UHGV virus genome: UHGV-0243446
Length of the DNA stretch: 11,725 bases
Source: a virus
Direction: 5' to 3' (one strand)
Below, piece by piece: positions 1-7,575 of the stretch (positions are counted from its first letter, which is position 1; the number at the start of each line of letters is the position of its first letter). The position numbers and the translations under genes were made by a program. Under the pieces are notes generated by a model. The model was not told the DNA's origin, did no database searches, and saw only the letters and a program-made list of their open reading frames with translations.

Positions 1-1032
<1,032 letters not shown>

Positions 1033-1033
1033 A

Positions 1034-1294
1034 TCAGCTTTCCTTGTACGGGTTAATTTTATTGTGCAGCTTCCTAAATGGACTCCATATCACATCGGTA
1101 TATAACTCAATAACTGGTTCAACCATTTTTCCAATTACCCAGACCAGGATTAACGGGGATATCGGTATCAGCAACACGATAAACAGAATGAGAAACAAGA
1201 GTTCTATAGCTCTGCTTCTTCGCGGATATTCCTTTCTGAACAATGTTGGCACATCACTCTCCTTTGCTCGCTGCTTTCGCCTGCTCTTTAGCAA
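1034..1294 (-). CDS. Small single-pass membrane protein (about 72-86 aa)
   Basis: Track ORF begins with TTG at 1294 and overlaps the upstream gene by 40 nt. A GTG about 1252, just after the upstream TGA and preceded by AAGGAGAG, is the more likely start. Basic N-terminus followed by one strongly hydrophobic helix (LLFLILFIVLLIPISPLILVWVIG). Confidence 0.45.
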   Translation of the reverse strand: MLKSRRKQRAKESDVPTLFRKEYPRRSRAIELLFLILFIVLLIPISPLILVWVIGKMVEPVIELYTDVIWSPFRKLHNKINPYKES

Positions 1295-1475
1295 GTCGCT
1301 CCGCTTCTCTGAAATTCCAATCCACTCGATGTGCTATATCAATTGCAGAACGCACTGTCCGTTCAATTAGCATGTCCAGATTATCAATTGTCATTGCCAT
1401 ATCTGGATTGCGAGATAAAATCTCCGCCCTCTGAATCTGCCAGTTGTTGCAGGTTTCAAGTAACGAGTTAGCCAT
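1254..1475 (-). CDS. Hypothetical protein (73 aa)
   Basis: ATG at 1475 with AAGGAAAG RBS, 1 nt after the stop of the upstream gene; operon-packed. Confidence 0.5.
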   Translation of the reverse strand: MANSLLETCNNWQIQRAEILSRNPDMAMTIDNLDMLIERTVRSAIDIAHRVDWNFREAERLAKEQAKAASKGE

Positions 1476-1476
1476 A

Positions 1477-1890
1477 TCACTTTCCTTTTCCCTGAAGCAT
1501 TGCGGCGCGGCAGGCGTTCCAGCCTCTCACCTCTGCAATAGCTGCAACAGCATCAACCGCGTACATGCTAAGAGGGTTAGGCATTGGTTTTTCTTCCGGT
1601 ACTACTGGAACGGGTGGAGTGGCGTAGACCTCAATAATTCCATTATCAATAGGCCATTCCCCATCCTTGATGTAGTCACTTGTGCCATCGACCTGCTGTT
1701 CTGCAATGTGGAAAGCACCTATTGGTTTTGCTTCCAGCGATGCCAGCGTAATTTCGGCCAGCTTGAGGTGAATAACCGCTGCATCAGAAGCGCCCGGGAC
1801 TCTTTCCACCGCAACGCGAAGAACCTCAATATTCTTCTTAGCCTGCTCAATCAACTGCTCTTTGGTGAACTCTTTGGTAATAGTGGTCAT
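1477..1890 (-). CDS. Hypothetical protein (137 aa), paralogous module to the 124-1032 product
   Basis: ATG at 1890 with TGAGG RBS. Starts MTTIT and contains YATPPVPV, like the 302-aa protein. Confidence 0.6.
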   Translation of the reverse strand: MTTITKEFTKEQLIEQAKKNIEVLRVAVERVPGASDAAVIHLKLAEITLASLEAKPIGAFHIAEQQVDGTSDYIKDGEWPIDNGIIEVYATPPVPVVPEEKPMPNPLSMYAVDAVAAIAEVRGWNACRAAMLQGKGK

Positions 1891-1900
1891 TTGTTATGCC

Positions 1901-2098
1901 TCAATACACAAAATCTGTTTTAAATTCATGGTTACATTCTGGACAGCATGTTTCGTAATCTTTTATTTCTTCACATGCCTGTTTTGCTCCAGAAAATTCC
2001 CAGAAATCAGCATCGCAAAGCAGATCGAAATTGTGGCCGCATTTGGGGCATTCGGTATCAAGTGACAGACTCCAGTAAGCAGGTGTGTTTTTGTCCAT
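1901..2098 (-). CDS. Small zinc-ribbon-like protein (65 aa)
   Basis: ATG about 2098 preceded by AAGGAGAG, immediately after the TGA of the upstream gene (the track's longer ORF to 2179 would overlap that gene). Two Cys pairs: CPKC and CCPEC. Confidence 0.5.
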   Translation of the reverse strand: MDKNTPAYWSLSLDTECPKCGHNFDLLCDADFWEFSGAKQACEEIKDYETCCPECNHEFKTDFVY

Positions 2099-2099
2099 C

Positions 2100-2747
2100 T
2101 CACTCTCCTTTGATGCGAATGCCAGCGGCGCGTGGCACATTAACTTCCACGATGCGCACAGTTGGTTTGTACATCTCAATTGCTGTCAGCCAGTCAGCTC
2201 CTGTCATGCGCTTTTCCGCATCGCCATTAGTCCACTGAACCGGTACACCAATAGCCTTCATCGCGATTTCTATTTCCCCGGCAATGGCGCTTTTTCCGCA
2301 ACCAGTAAAACCAGAAACAACGACAAGAACTTCACCTTTGGCTGGTTTTATTTCCCGTGCTTCCAGTTCTGCAATACGCTTACTCCCATCCGAGATAACA
2401 CCTTCGTAATACTCGCGTTGCTCGTTGAGTTTTGATTTTGCTTCCTCAAGCTCAACACGCAGCTTCCCTACCGTTAGCGCAATATCCTCGTTCTCCTGGT
2501 CGCGGCGTTTGATGTATTGCTGGTTTCTTTCCAGCTCATCCAGCAGCGCCCGAACTACATCAGCGGTTTTCTGGCACTGGTCAACAATGCTAACGTCACA
2601 ACCAGTATCGAAACCGTCCTCAGTTTCAAAGCGGAGCTCTACAGAGTCGCCGTCGATATCAGATGGTTCGAACCCGGCAATGTTTTCCAGAATGCCGATT
2701 ATGCTTTCTGCGCTATGACGTAATGCGCGTTTATCGATGTTGCTCAT
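2100..2747 (-). CDS. Coiled-coil accessory protein (215 aa), possibly Ea22-like, with C-terminal GxxxxGKS motif
   Basis: ATG at 2747 overlaps the upstream stop (ATGA). Central charged heptad-like region (ELEEAKSKLNEQREYYE...AELEAR). C-terminal GFTGCGKS matches the Walker A pattern. The Ea22-like assignment is from memory and weak. Confidence 0.55.
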   Translation of the reverse strand: MSNIDKRALRHSAESIIGILENIAGFEPSDIDGDSVELRFETEDGFDTGCDVSIVDQCQKTADVVRALLDELERNQQYIKRRDQENEDIALTVGKLRVELEEAKSKLNEQREYYEGVISDGSKRIAELEAREIKPAKGEVLVVVSGFTGCGKSAIAGEIEIAMKAIGVPVQWTNGDAEKRMTGADWLTAIEMYKPTVRIVEVNVPRAAGIRIKGE

Positions 2748-3262
2748 GACCGCACTCCTTTGCGAAGCTGGGAAGCAAAGTCAACTAACCACTCAGTCAT
2801 TTCAACCTTCCCTACCAGGTCTGAACCAGGGTGCATACAGCAATCACTCTGCGCCGCTTTGAAATCCTTATACTCATATTCTTGGGCCACCAGATTTTTT
2901 GCAGCTTCTATAGCAGCATCCACGCCCTGCGCTCGTACTTCAGCCAGGAAAGCATCGGTGGCTGGGGTGTCTGATTGCAGAAACTTTGCGCGATAGTCAT
3001 TCCACCCTCTTGCATACATGGGATTAACTTGCACTCCATCTTTTACGCAATATGCCTGCCCTCCACGGTTGATAACCTTGATTTCGTCCATAGCGCCAGA
3101 CTTCGGCCCCGCATTCTCCGCTGCCAGCGCCGCGCACTTGGCCTCAGCTTCAGCAAATTTACGCACCATATATTCAGCATTTGTTTCGTTAACCTTTAAA
3201 TCACATGAGATGCATTTACCTTTCAGAAATCCATCCATCTCAATTAGTGTCATTCGTTTCAT
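2744..3262 (-). CDS. Hypothetical protein (about 172 aa)
   Basis: Track ORF begins with GTG at 3280. An ATG about 3262 overlaps the upstream stop as ATGA, suggesting translational coupling. No recognisable domain. Confidence 0.5.
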   Translation of the reverse strand: MKRMTLIEMDGFLKGKCISCDLKVNETNAEYMVRKFAEAEAKCAALAAENAGPKSGAMDEIKVINRGGQAYCVKDGVQVNPMYARGWNDYRAKFLQSDTPATDAFLAEVRAQGVDAAIEAAKNLVAQEYEYKDFKAAQSDCCMHPGSDLVGKVEMTEWLVDFASQLRKGVRS

Positions 3263-3423
3263 TTCTTCCCACTCCGCCACATCGCATTCAGATATTTGTT
3301 TTGATTCACTGACGGAGAAGAATTTCTCTTAAGCAATTCCTCTCTCGATGGCATTGGCTTTACGCGTTGGCGAATAATCATTTCTTCCGGAAGAATGCCG
3401 GGATTGTATGCAAGTCCTCTCAT
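3259..3423 (-). CDS. Hypothetical small protein (about 54 aa)
   Basis: The track's 105-aa ORF (to 3576) overlaps the 3434-3730 gene by over 140 nt. An internal ATG about 3423 has a GAGGAA RBS 6 nt upstream and follows the upstream stop. Confidence 0.4.
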   Translation of the reverse strand: MRGLAYNPGILPEEMIIRQRVKPMPSREELLKRNSSPSVNQNKYLNAMWRSGKK

Positions 3424-3433
3424 GGTAAATTCC

Positions 3434-3730
3434 TCAGTCATTACTGATAGCGCCATAGCGTGAGCGGTAATTACGCAGGCGCGGGTCGATATATTCAGGG
3501 AAGTGGGTATATGTGGCTTTGCGGAATGGTCGGATTGATGTCTGGTAAATTCGCTCGCGTTCTTCTTTCTCTGCAAGCCATATACAGTGGCGAAATTCCT
3601 TTTCCTCTTTCGTTTCCTGCGGTAGCGACATTATCCGATCGTAGTTTTTTCTGAATTTATCCAGCACCTCCGATACGGAATTGCCGGAACAGCGGCGCGC
3701 GTCATCCGCACCATACAAAGGCGCTGGCAT
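3434..3730 (-). CDS. Hypothetical basic protein (98 aa)
   Basis: ATG at 3730 with AGGAG RBS 6 nt upstream; directly follows the SSB stop. Confidence 0.55.
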   Translation of the reverse strand: MPAPLYGADDARRCSGNSVSEVLDKFRKNYDRIMSLPQETKEEKEFRHCIWLAEKEERERIYQTSIRPFRKATYTHFPEYIDPRLRNYRSRYGAISND

Positions 3731-3743
3731 GTTTTTCTCCTGA

Positions 3744-4250
3744 TTAAATTGCGTGAATAGCGTGACGAGGGAAGGGGAGAGTTACTGGTGCAAAGGGTAT
3801 ATCGTCGTCAAAATCCATCGGAGGTTCGTTGTGTTGTGCTGGTGATGATTGCTGCTGTGGCTTCTGTGATTGCCTGCTGGCTGCTTGTTGTTTGCTGTCG
3901 CCAATGCCGCCAAGCATTTGCATCACGCCATTAATTCCGACATGAACCTCGGTTGTGTAACGGTCTTGCCCTGACTGGTCTTTCCACTTTCTGGTTCTCA
4001 GCATTCCCTCGAAATAAATCTGATCACCTTTTTTCACATACCGCCCAACGACCTCAGCCAGTTTCCCGGATACAGCAACACGATGCCATTCAGTCAATTC
4101 CTTTTGCTCGCCAGTATTTTTATCTCGCCATTGTTCTGACGTGGCTATTGTCAGGTTAGCGAACGCTGTTCCTGATGGTGAGTATCGAACTTCCGGGTCT
4201 TGTCCTACCCGACCAAGGATAATCACCTTATTTACGCCTCTGCTTGCCAT
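3744..4250 (-). CDS. ssb: Single-stranded DNA-binding protein (SSB) with C-terminal extension
   Basis: N-terminus [13 protein letters not shown]...DPEVRY...TEWHRV...[11 protein letters not shown] closely resembles E. coli SSB, followed by a Gln/Ser-rich tail and [10 protein letters not shown]. The ORF then continues 15 codons ([15 protein letters not shown]) before the stop. Confidence 0.9.
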   Translation of the reverse strand: MASRGVNKVIILGRVGQDPEVRYSPSGTAFANLTIATSEQWRDKNTGEQKELTEWHRVAVSGKLAEVVGRYVKKGDQIYFEGMLRTRKWKDQSGQDRYTTEVHVGINGVMQMLGGIGDSKQQAASRQSQKPQQQSSPAQHNEPPMDFDDDIPFAPVTLPFPRHAIHAI

Positions 4251-4958
4251 TTATGCCGCCTGTTTTAGTTCGTTAACTCTGATGTTCATTACCTGAACGC
4301 ATTTAGCCTGCGCCTCCTCGTTGCCAGCCATTAATTGCCAGTCACGCTGATAACGCTCGATGAGTTTTTTCTTGTCAGTTTCTGTTGACGCATAATCGCT
4401 GAAGTCTTTCAGGATTTGTTCGCAGTCAACCGATGGAGATTTCTGGTTGGTATTTTCTGGTGATGGTTTGTTATCTGATGCTGGGATTGCCCATCCCGGC
4501 AGCGATGGAGGAAGCCAGTAAAATCCTGTTCCATCCTTCAGTTTTGCCCTGTGCCACCCCTGCTTTTTATCGAGAGATGTTTGTGCGAAACCTTCCTCAA
4601 GGTTATACAGATACCGACCGATTCCCCATTGAACGGCAGCACGCTTCATTGCACCGGAACGACCACCTTTGACGGCTTCTACCTGCGTGTTTTCAGCAGC
4701 ATCCCATTTGGTTACCCATTCGGAATCAATCCTGATTGATATGCCGCATTCAACGCCTCCGTTGTTGGGAATATCGCGGTATTCATTGCGCCATCCTGCT
4801 TTGCCGCAAACATCGTCCAGGCGTTTCATGATTGCCCGGTTCGTGACATAAGCCAGCACCATAGCCCACACTTTGCCATCGCGTGTTTTACCGCTTTGCT
4901 GTATTCGCCATTCGATATCTTCAGGGCTGAATGGCTCATCGAATTTGTTCAAATCCAT
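4251..4958 (-). CDS. Rad52/Rad22-family single-strand annealing protein (phage recombinase)
   Basis: ATG at 4958 with GAGGTGA RBS. Core region (KWDAAENTQVEAVKGGRSGAMKRAAVQWGIGRYLY) resembles the conserved Rad52 annealing fold. Sits immediately upstream of ssb (TAAATG junction). Confidence 0.65.
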   Translation of the reverse strand: MDLNKFDEPFSPEDIEWRIQQSGKTRDGKVWAMVLAYVTNRAIMKRLDDVCGKAGWRNEYRDIPNNGGVECGISIRIDSEWVTKWDAAENTQVEAVKGGRSGAMKRAAVQWGIGRYLYNLEEGFAQTSLDKKQGWHRAKLKDGTGFYWLPPSLPGWAIPASDNKPSPENTNQKSPSVDCEQILKDFSDYASTETDKKKLIERYQRDWQLMAGNEEAQAKCVQVMNIRVNELKQAA

Positions 4959-5057
4959 AATTCACCTCAGAATGGACACGGCCCAAGGAAATAACGCTGA
5001 TTTAATACTTCGACTCGGGACAAATTAAGGCATACCCGCATTCCTTCGCGGTCACCA

Positions 5058-5216
5058 TTATGGCGACACCAGAGAGCTTTCTGCGTGTACATGCGTCTCT
5101 GTAACTTGCTCTCCTTCACTGTGGTTGCAAGTGACATGAATATCTCCTTCGTTACCGATTAATTCTTTCATCTGACGAATGAATTCTTCGTCTGACCAGT
5201 TATCTGTAAAACTCAT
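5058..5216 (-). CDS. Small protein in the kil position (about 52 aa)
   Basis: ATG about 5216 overlaps the stop of the cIII-like gene. It occupies the slot that kil holds in lambda; there is no sequence-level support for Kil identity. Confidence 0.35.
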   Translation of the reverse strand: MSFTDNWSDEEFIRQMKELIGNEGDIHVTCNHSEGEQVTETHVHAESSLVSP

Positions 5217-5383
5217 GGACGGCCTTGTTGTTTCAAAATATCCCAAAGCTTTTCGAGCAAACTTTTCATTCTTGGTTGTTTAAAGTCTGCTCCGGTTAAA
5301 ATATTTTTTCGTGAATGCTGTACCGATAAAATCGGGTTGAAAGGGCGAACCGATGCCGCCCCTGCAATAGCGAACTGTTGCAT
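5213..5383 (-). CDS. cIII: cIII-like protein (56 aa; FtsH-inhibitor family)
   Basis: Absent from the ORF track (under 60 aa). ATG about 5383 with AAGGAG RBS 6 nt upstream. Product MQQFAIAG...KSLLEKLWDILKQQGRP resembles lambda cIII (MQYAIAG...SLLERI...LIDILNQPG) as I recall it. Confidence 0.6.
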   Translation of the reverse strand: MQQFAIAGAASVRPFNPILSVQHSRKNILTGADFKQPRMKSLLEKLWDILKQQGRP

Positions 5384-5449
5384 AGGATGCTCCTTCTGTT
5401 TGATTGCATAACGAAAACGCCTCGAGTGAAGCGTTATTGGTATGCGGTA

Positions 5450-5470
5450 AAGCCGCCAACAGGCGGCTAT
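5450..5470 (-). terminator. Hairpin GCCGCC-AACA-GGCGGC downstream of the 5474-5707 gene
   Basis: Perfect 6-bp GC stem with 4-nt loop. The T-rich flank is better on the plus strand than the minus strand, so terminator function for the leftward operon is uncertain. Confidence 0.3.
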
Positions 5471-5473
5471 TTG

Positions 5474-5707
5474 CTATTGATTCTTTTCAAGAACATCAAT
5501 GATGTCGTCCGGGTTGTCTCCGTTGTCTTCACAAAATGCTTCGAATTCAGCCCATTTCGCGCTGATAAAATCAATTACTCTCATTAATTCGTATTCCATA
5601 TTTTTCTCCAGACCAAAAGAATGCCGCCCATATAGAGCGGCAAGACTATCAAGGAATGATTTCCAATAATCAGAACAAGTCGGCTCCTGTTTAGTTACGA
5701 GCGACAT
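5474..5707 (-). CDS. Hypothetical protein (77 aa; possible alternative start about 5599 giving 41 aa)
   Basis: ATG at 5707 with a weak RBS; an internal ATG about 5599 has a GGAG RBS. Followed on the minus strand by a GCCGCC/GGCGGC hairpin. Confidence 0.4.
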   Translation of the reverse strand: MSLVTKQEPTCSDYWKSFLDSLAALYGRHSFGLEKNMEYELMRVIDFISAKWAEFEAFCEDNGDNPDDIIDVLEKNQ

Positions 5708-5744
5708 TGCTCACATAGCAGACTCGCAAATCTGCTATAGGTGC

Positions 5745-5906
5745 TTATTCGCATCGCATGACAACATCAAATTTTTCGAGATTACTTTGTCGCAACAATC
5801 CCTCTTCTACGCGGTCAGCTTTTCTATAATTATCAAATTCGAAATGTTTAATTACTTCTTTCGTTTCTCGCTCTATAACTTCAACGATGTATTTCTTATT
5901 CATCAT
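5745..5906 (-). CDS. Hypothetical small protein (about 53 aa)
   Basis: Absent from the ORF track. ATGATG start overlaps the stop of the 98-aa gene; GGGGAAG RBS-like sequence upstream. Product MMNKKYIVEVIERETKEVIKHFEF... Coordinates +/- 2 nt. Confidence 0.35.
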   Translation of the reverse strand: MMNKKYIVEVIERETKEVIKHFEFDNYRKADRVEEGLLRQSNLEKFDVVMRCE

Positions 5907-6199
5907 TCTTCCCCAAGAGCTTTTCTGATTGCTGCAAGACCATTATTAACAGCTCCATACCATTCTGGATATGTTGTCGTTGTTCTATTTTTGGTTTGCT
6001 TAAGTAATAACTGAAGTGCTTCGAGAAGGTCAGGTGCTGCCGCTATTAGATTGGCATCTTCAATGCATTGAACTTCCTCACAGATTGCAATATACGAACG
6101 CCAGCCTGCGCCATTTTCAAGTGAGTCTGCCTGGATTATTTTAATCTCGTCGCCATCCATCATTATTTCCCACTTGCCTTCAGTACCTTTAAATTCCAT
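5903..6199 (-). CDS. Hypothetical protein (98 aa), in the ea10-like position
   Basis: ATG at 6199; sits between the ral-like and cIII-like genes. No recognised domain. Confidence 0.55.
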   Translation of the reverse strand: MEFKGTEGKWEIMMDGDEIKIIQADSLENGAGWRSYIAICEEVQCIEDANLIAAAPDLLEALQLLLKQTKNRTTTTYPEWYGAVNNGLAAIRKALGEE

Positions 6200-6238
6200 G
6201 TTATCCTCTGTTGTTTATGCCAAAAATAAAGGCCACCA

Positions 6239-6439
6239 TCAGGCAGCCTTGTTATTCTGTTTACCAAGTTCTCTGGCAATCATTGCCGTCGTTCGTATTG
6301 CCCATTTATCGACATATTTCCCATCTTCCATTACAGGAAACATTTCTTCAGGCTTAACCATGCATTCCGATTGCAGCTTGCATCCATTGCATCGCTTGAA
6401 TTGTCCACACCATTGATTTTTATCAATAGTCGTAGTCAT
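6239..6439 (-). CDS. ral: Ral-like restriction-alleviation protein (66 aa)
   Basis: 66 aa, the same size as lambda Ral. Its start is overlapped by 17 nt by a 28-aa ORF, which matches the lambda orf28/ral arrangement as I recall it. Product MTTTIDKNQWCGQFKRCNGCKLQSEC... Confidence 0.55.
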   Translation of the reverse strand: MTTTIDKNQWCGQFKRCNGCKLQSECMVKPEEMFPVMEDGKYVDKWAIRTTAMIARELGKQNNKAA

Positions 6440-6509
6440 ACGGATAGTCCTGGTATTGTTCCATCACATCCTGAGGATGCTCTTCGAACTCTTCAAATTC
6501 TTCTTCCAT
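6423..6509 (-). CDS. orf28-like acidic micro-protein (28 aa)
   Basis: Absent from the ORF track. ATG about 6509 with GAGGTGA RBS that overlaps the N stop. Product MEEEFEEFEEHPQDVMEQYQDYPYDYDY; stop overlaps the ral-like start. Confidence 0.4.
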   Translation of the reverse strand: MEEEFEEFEEHPQDVMEQYQDYPYDYDY

Positions 6510-6517
6510 ATATCACC

Positions 6518-6817
6518 TCAAATAAGTGGTTTGCTGCCTAATTTCATTTTCTGGCGACCAACACAAGTCACACCCATTTCACTGCGTGGCTTGCTGTAGT
6601 AAATACGGTTCTGTTTACGCTCGACTTCTTCTGCCTTCTTGCAGCGAAGGCTTCCGAGTGATGCTGCTTTGTCTGCTCTGACGCAACCAGAGAGCTTTAG
6701 CGCAATTTTTCGCGCCAGTCGCTGTTCTTGCATTGCCTGTTCACGTTGAGCCTGTCTGCGTGCTCTGCGGCGATTTCTGGTGTTATCGTCAGCCAGATAT
6801 GTAATGACTACTGCCAT
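6518..6817 (-). CDS. N: N-family transcription antitermination protein
   Basis: ATG at 6817 with GGAGG RBS 5 nt upstream. N-terminal arginine-rich motif (TRNRRRARRQAQREQ). C-terminal region (RKQNRIYYSKPRSEMGVTCVGRQKMKLGSKPLI) resembles lambda N. nutL lies upstream in the leader. Confidence 0.85.
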   Translation of the reverse strand: MAVVITYLADDNTRNRRRARRQAQREQAMQEQRLARKIALKLSGCVRADKAASLGSLRCKKAEEVERKQNRIYYSKPRSEMGVTCVGRQKMKLGSKPLI

Positions 6818-6843
6818 GTTGACCTCCGATGATTGACTTTGGC

Positions 6844-6902
6844 GGTGACGCGCCGGGTGCTTATCTTCCGGTTGCTGTCGTGCAGCTGCACTTCACGTCA
6901 CC
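6844..6902 (-). other. Structured N leader: long inverted repeat (GGTGACG...CGTCACC) enclosing the 12-bp palindrome GTGCAGCTGCAC
   Basis: Seen directly in the sequence between nutL and the N RBS. By analogy with the RNase III-processed hairpin in the lambda N leader. Confidence 0.4.
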
Positions 6903-6923
6903 CCAAAGCCAACTACTCTTTGG

Positions 6924-6966
6924 TTCCCGCATTTCGGCGGGACAATCCCATCAATGTTAAAGAGCC
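6924..6966 (-). promoter_or_regulatory. nutL: boxA (GCTCTTTAACA) plus boxB hairpin (TCCCGCCGAAATGCGGGA)
   Basis: On the minus strand the boxB 19-mer is identical to the one downstream of cro (nutR). The boxA-like CGCTCTT core precedes it. Located about 40 nt downstream of the predicted PL start. Confidence 0.75.
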
Positions 6967-7004
6967 TGCCAATCTGTTCCGTTTGGCTTCCAGCGTCCTG
7001 CTGA

Positions 7005-7100
7005 TGGCTAAAGAATACTGTAGGTATTTTATTGTGTAAATACCCAAGGTATTTATTTTTGGTGAAATAATGATAAGCAAATGAATACAAAGGATATTTA
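7005..7100 (-). promoter_or_regulatory. PL promoter with OL operators
   Basis: Minus-strand -35 TTTACA (7040-7035), 17-bp spacer, -10 TATTCT (7017-7012). 17-bp dyad sites GAATACTGTAGGTATTT (7013-7029), AAATACCCAAGGTATTT (7038-7054) and a weaker GAATACAAAGGATATTT (7083-7099). Same half-site family as the OR sites. Confidence 0.6.
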
Positions 7101-7185
7101 TTTTTTTCGGTGTCTGCTTGTTCAGTGCTTTTTATGCGGGATATGTGAAGTGGATCCCGATAGCTATTGCTGCCGGGATTATGGG

Positions 7186-7575
7186 TTAGTCAGCGAAGGT
7201 TAAGACGAGAATTACCTTAATGATGTCTGCTACAACAGACACGGCCATAGATAAACCAAAGACAATCCAAGCCATAGAGATGTCTTCACTACCATCGTAT
7301 AGAGTTCCGTAATCACTGGTGTAAGGCGTAAATGTCGCGCCTTGATACAACAGGTATAAGCTTGAACCATAGAGGATAAATGCAGATATCCCTTGTATTG
7401 CTATGATCACCAGAATCATGAAACGAGCTGATCTATGCGCCCAAGCCTGGCTTATTTTTTCTGATAGAGATTTCGCAATAAAAGCATGCGCTAAGCCGTA
7501 AATTGTCGAGATTTCCAACATCCCCAAAAAGCTTGCTATAGCGGTTCCAACCATAATCGCCCCTTGCGTGATCAA
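7186..7575 (-). CDS. Small polytopic membrane protein (3 predicted TM helices) in the rex/immunity-region position
   Basis: Track ORF begins with TTG overlapping the cI stop. An ATG about 7554 with AAGGGG RBS is likely the real start (about 122 aa). Three hydrophobic segments of about 22-25 residues. Downstream of cI on the same strand, as rexAB is in lambda. Confidence 0.6.
   Translation of the reverse strand: MITQGAIMVGTAIASFLGMLEISTIYGLAHAFIAKSLSEKISQAWAHRSARFMILVIIAIQGISAFILYGSSLYLLYQGATFTPYTSDYGTLYDGSEDISMAWIVFGLSMAVSVVADIIKVILVLTFAD

Noticed and set aside
3424-3576. Long (105-aa) version of the 3259-3576 ORF
   Set aside because: It would overlap the 3434-3730 gene by more than 140 nt in another frame; the internal ATG with a GAGGAA RBS is preferred.
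5395-5425. AACGC-CTCGAGTGA-AGCGTT inverted repeat containing an XhoI-like CTCGAG palindrome
   Set aside because: Short stem with a long loop and no adjacent U-tract; likely incidental.
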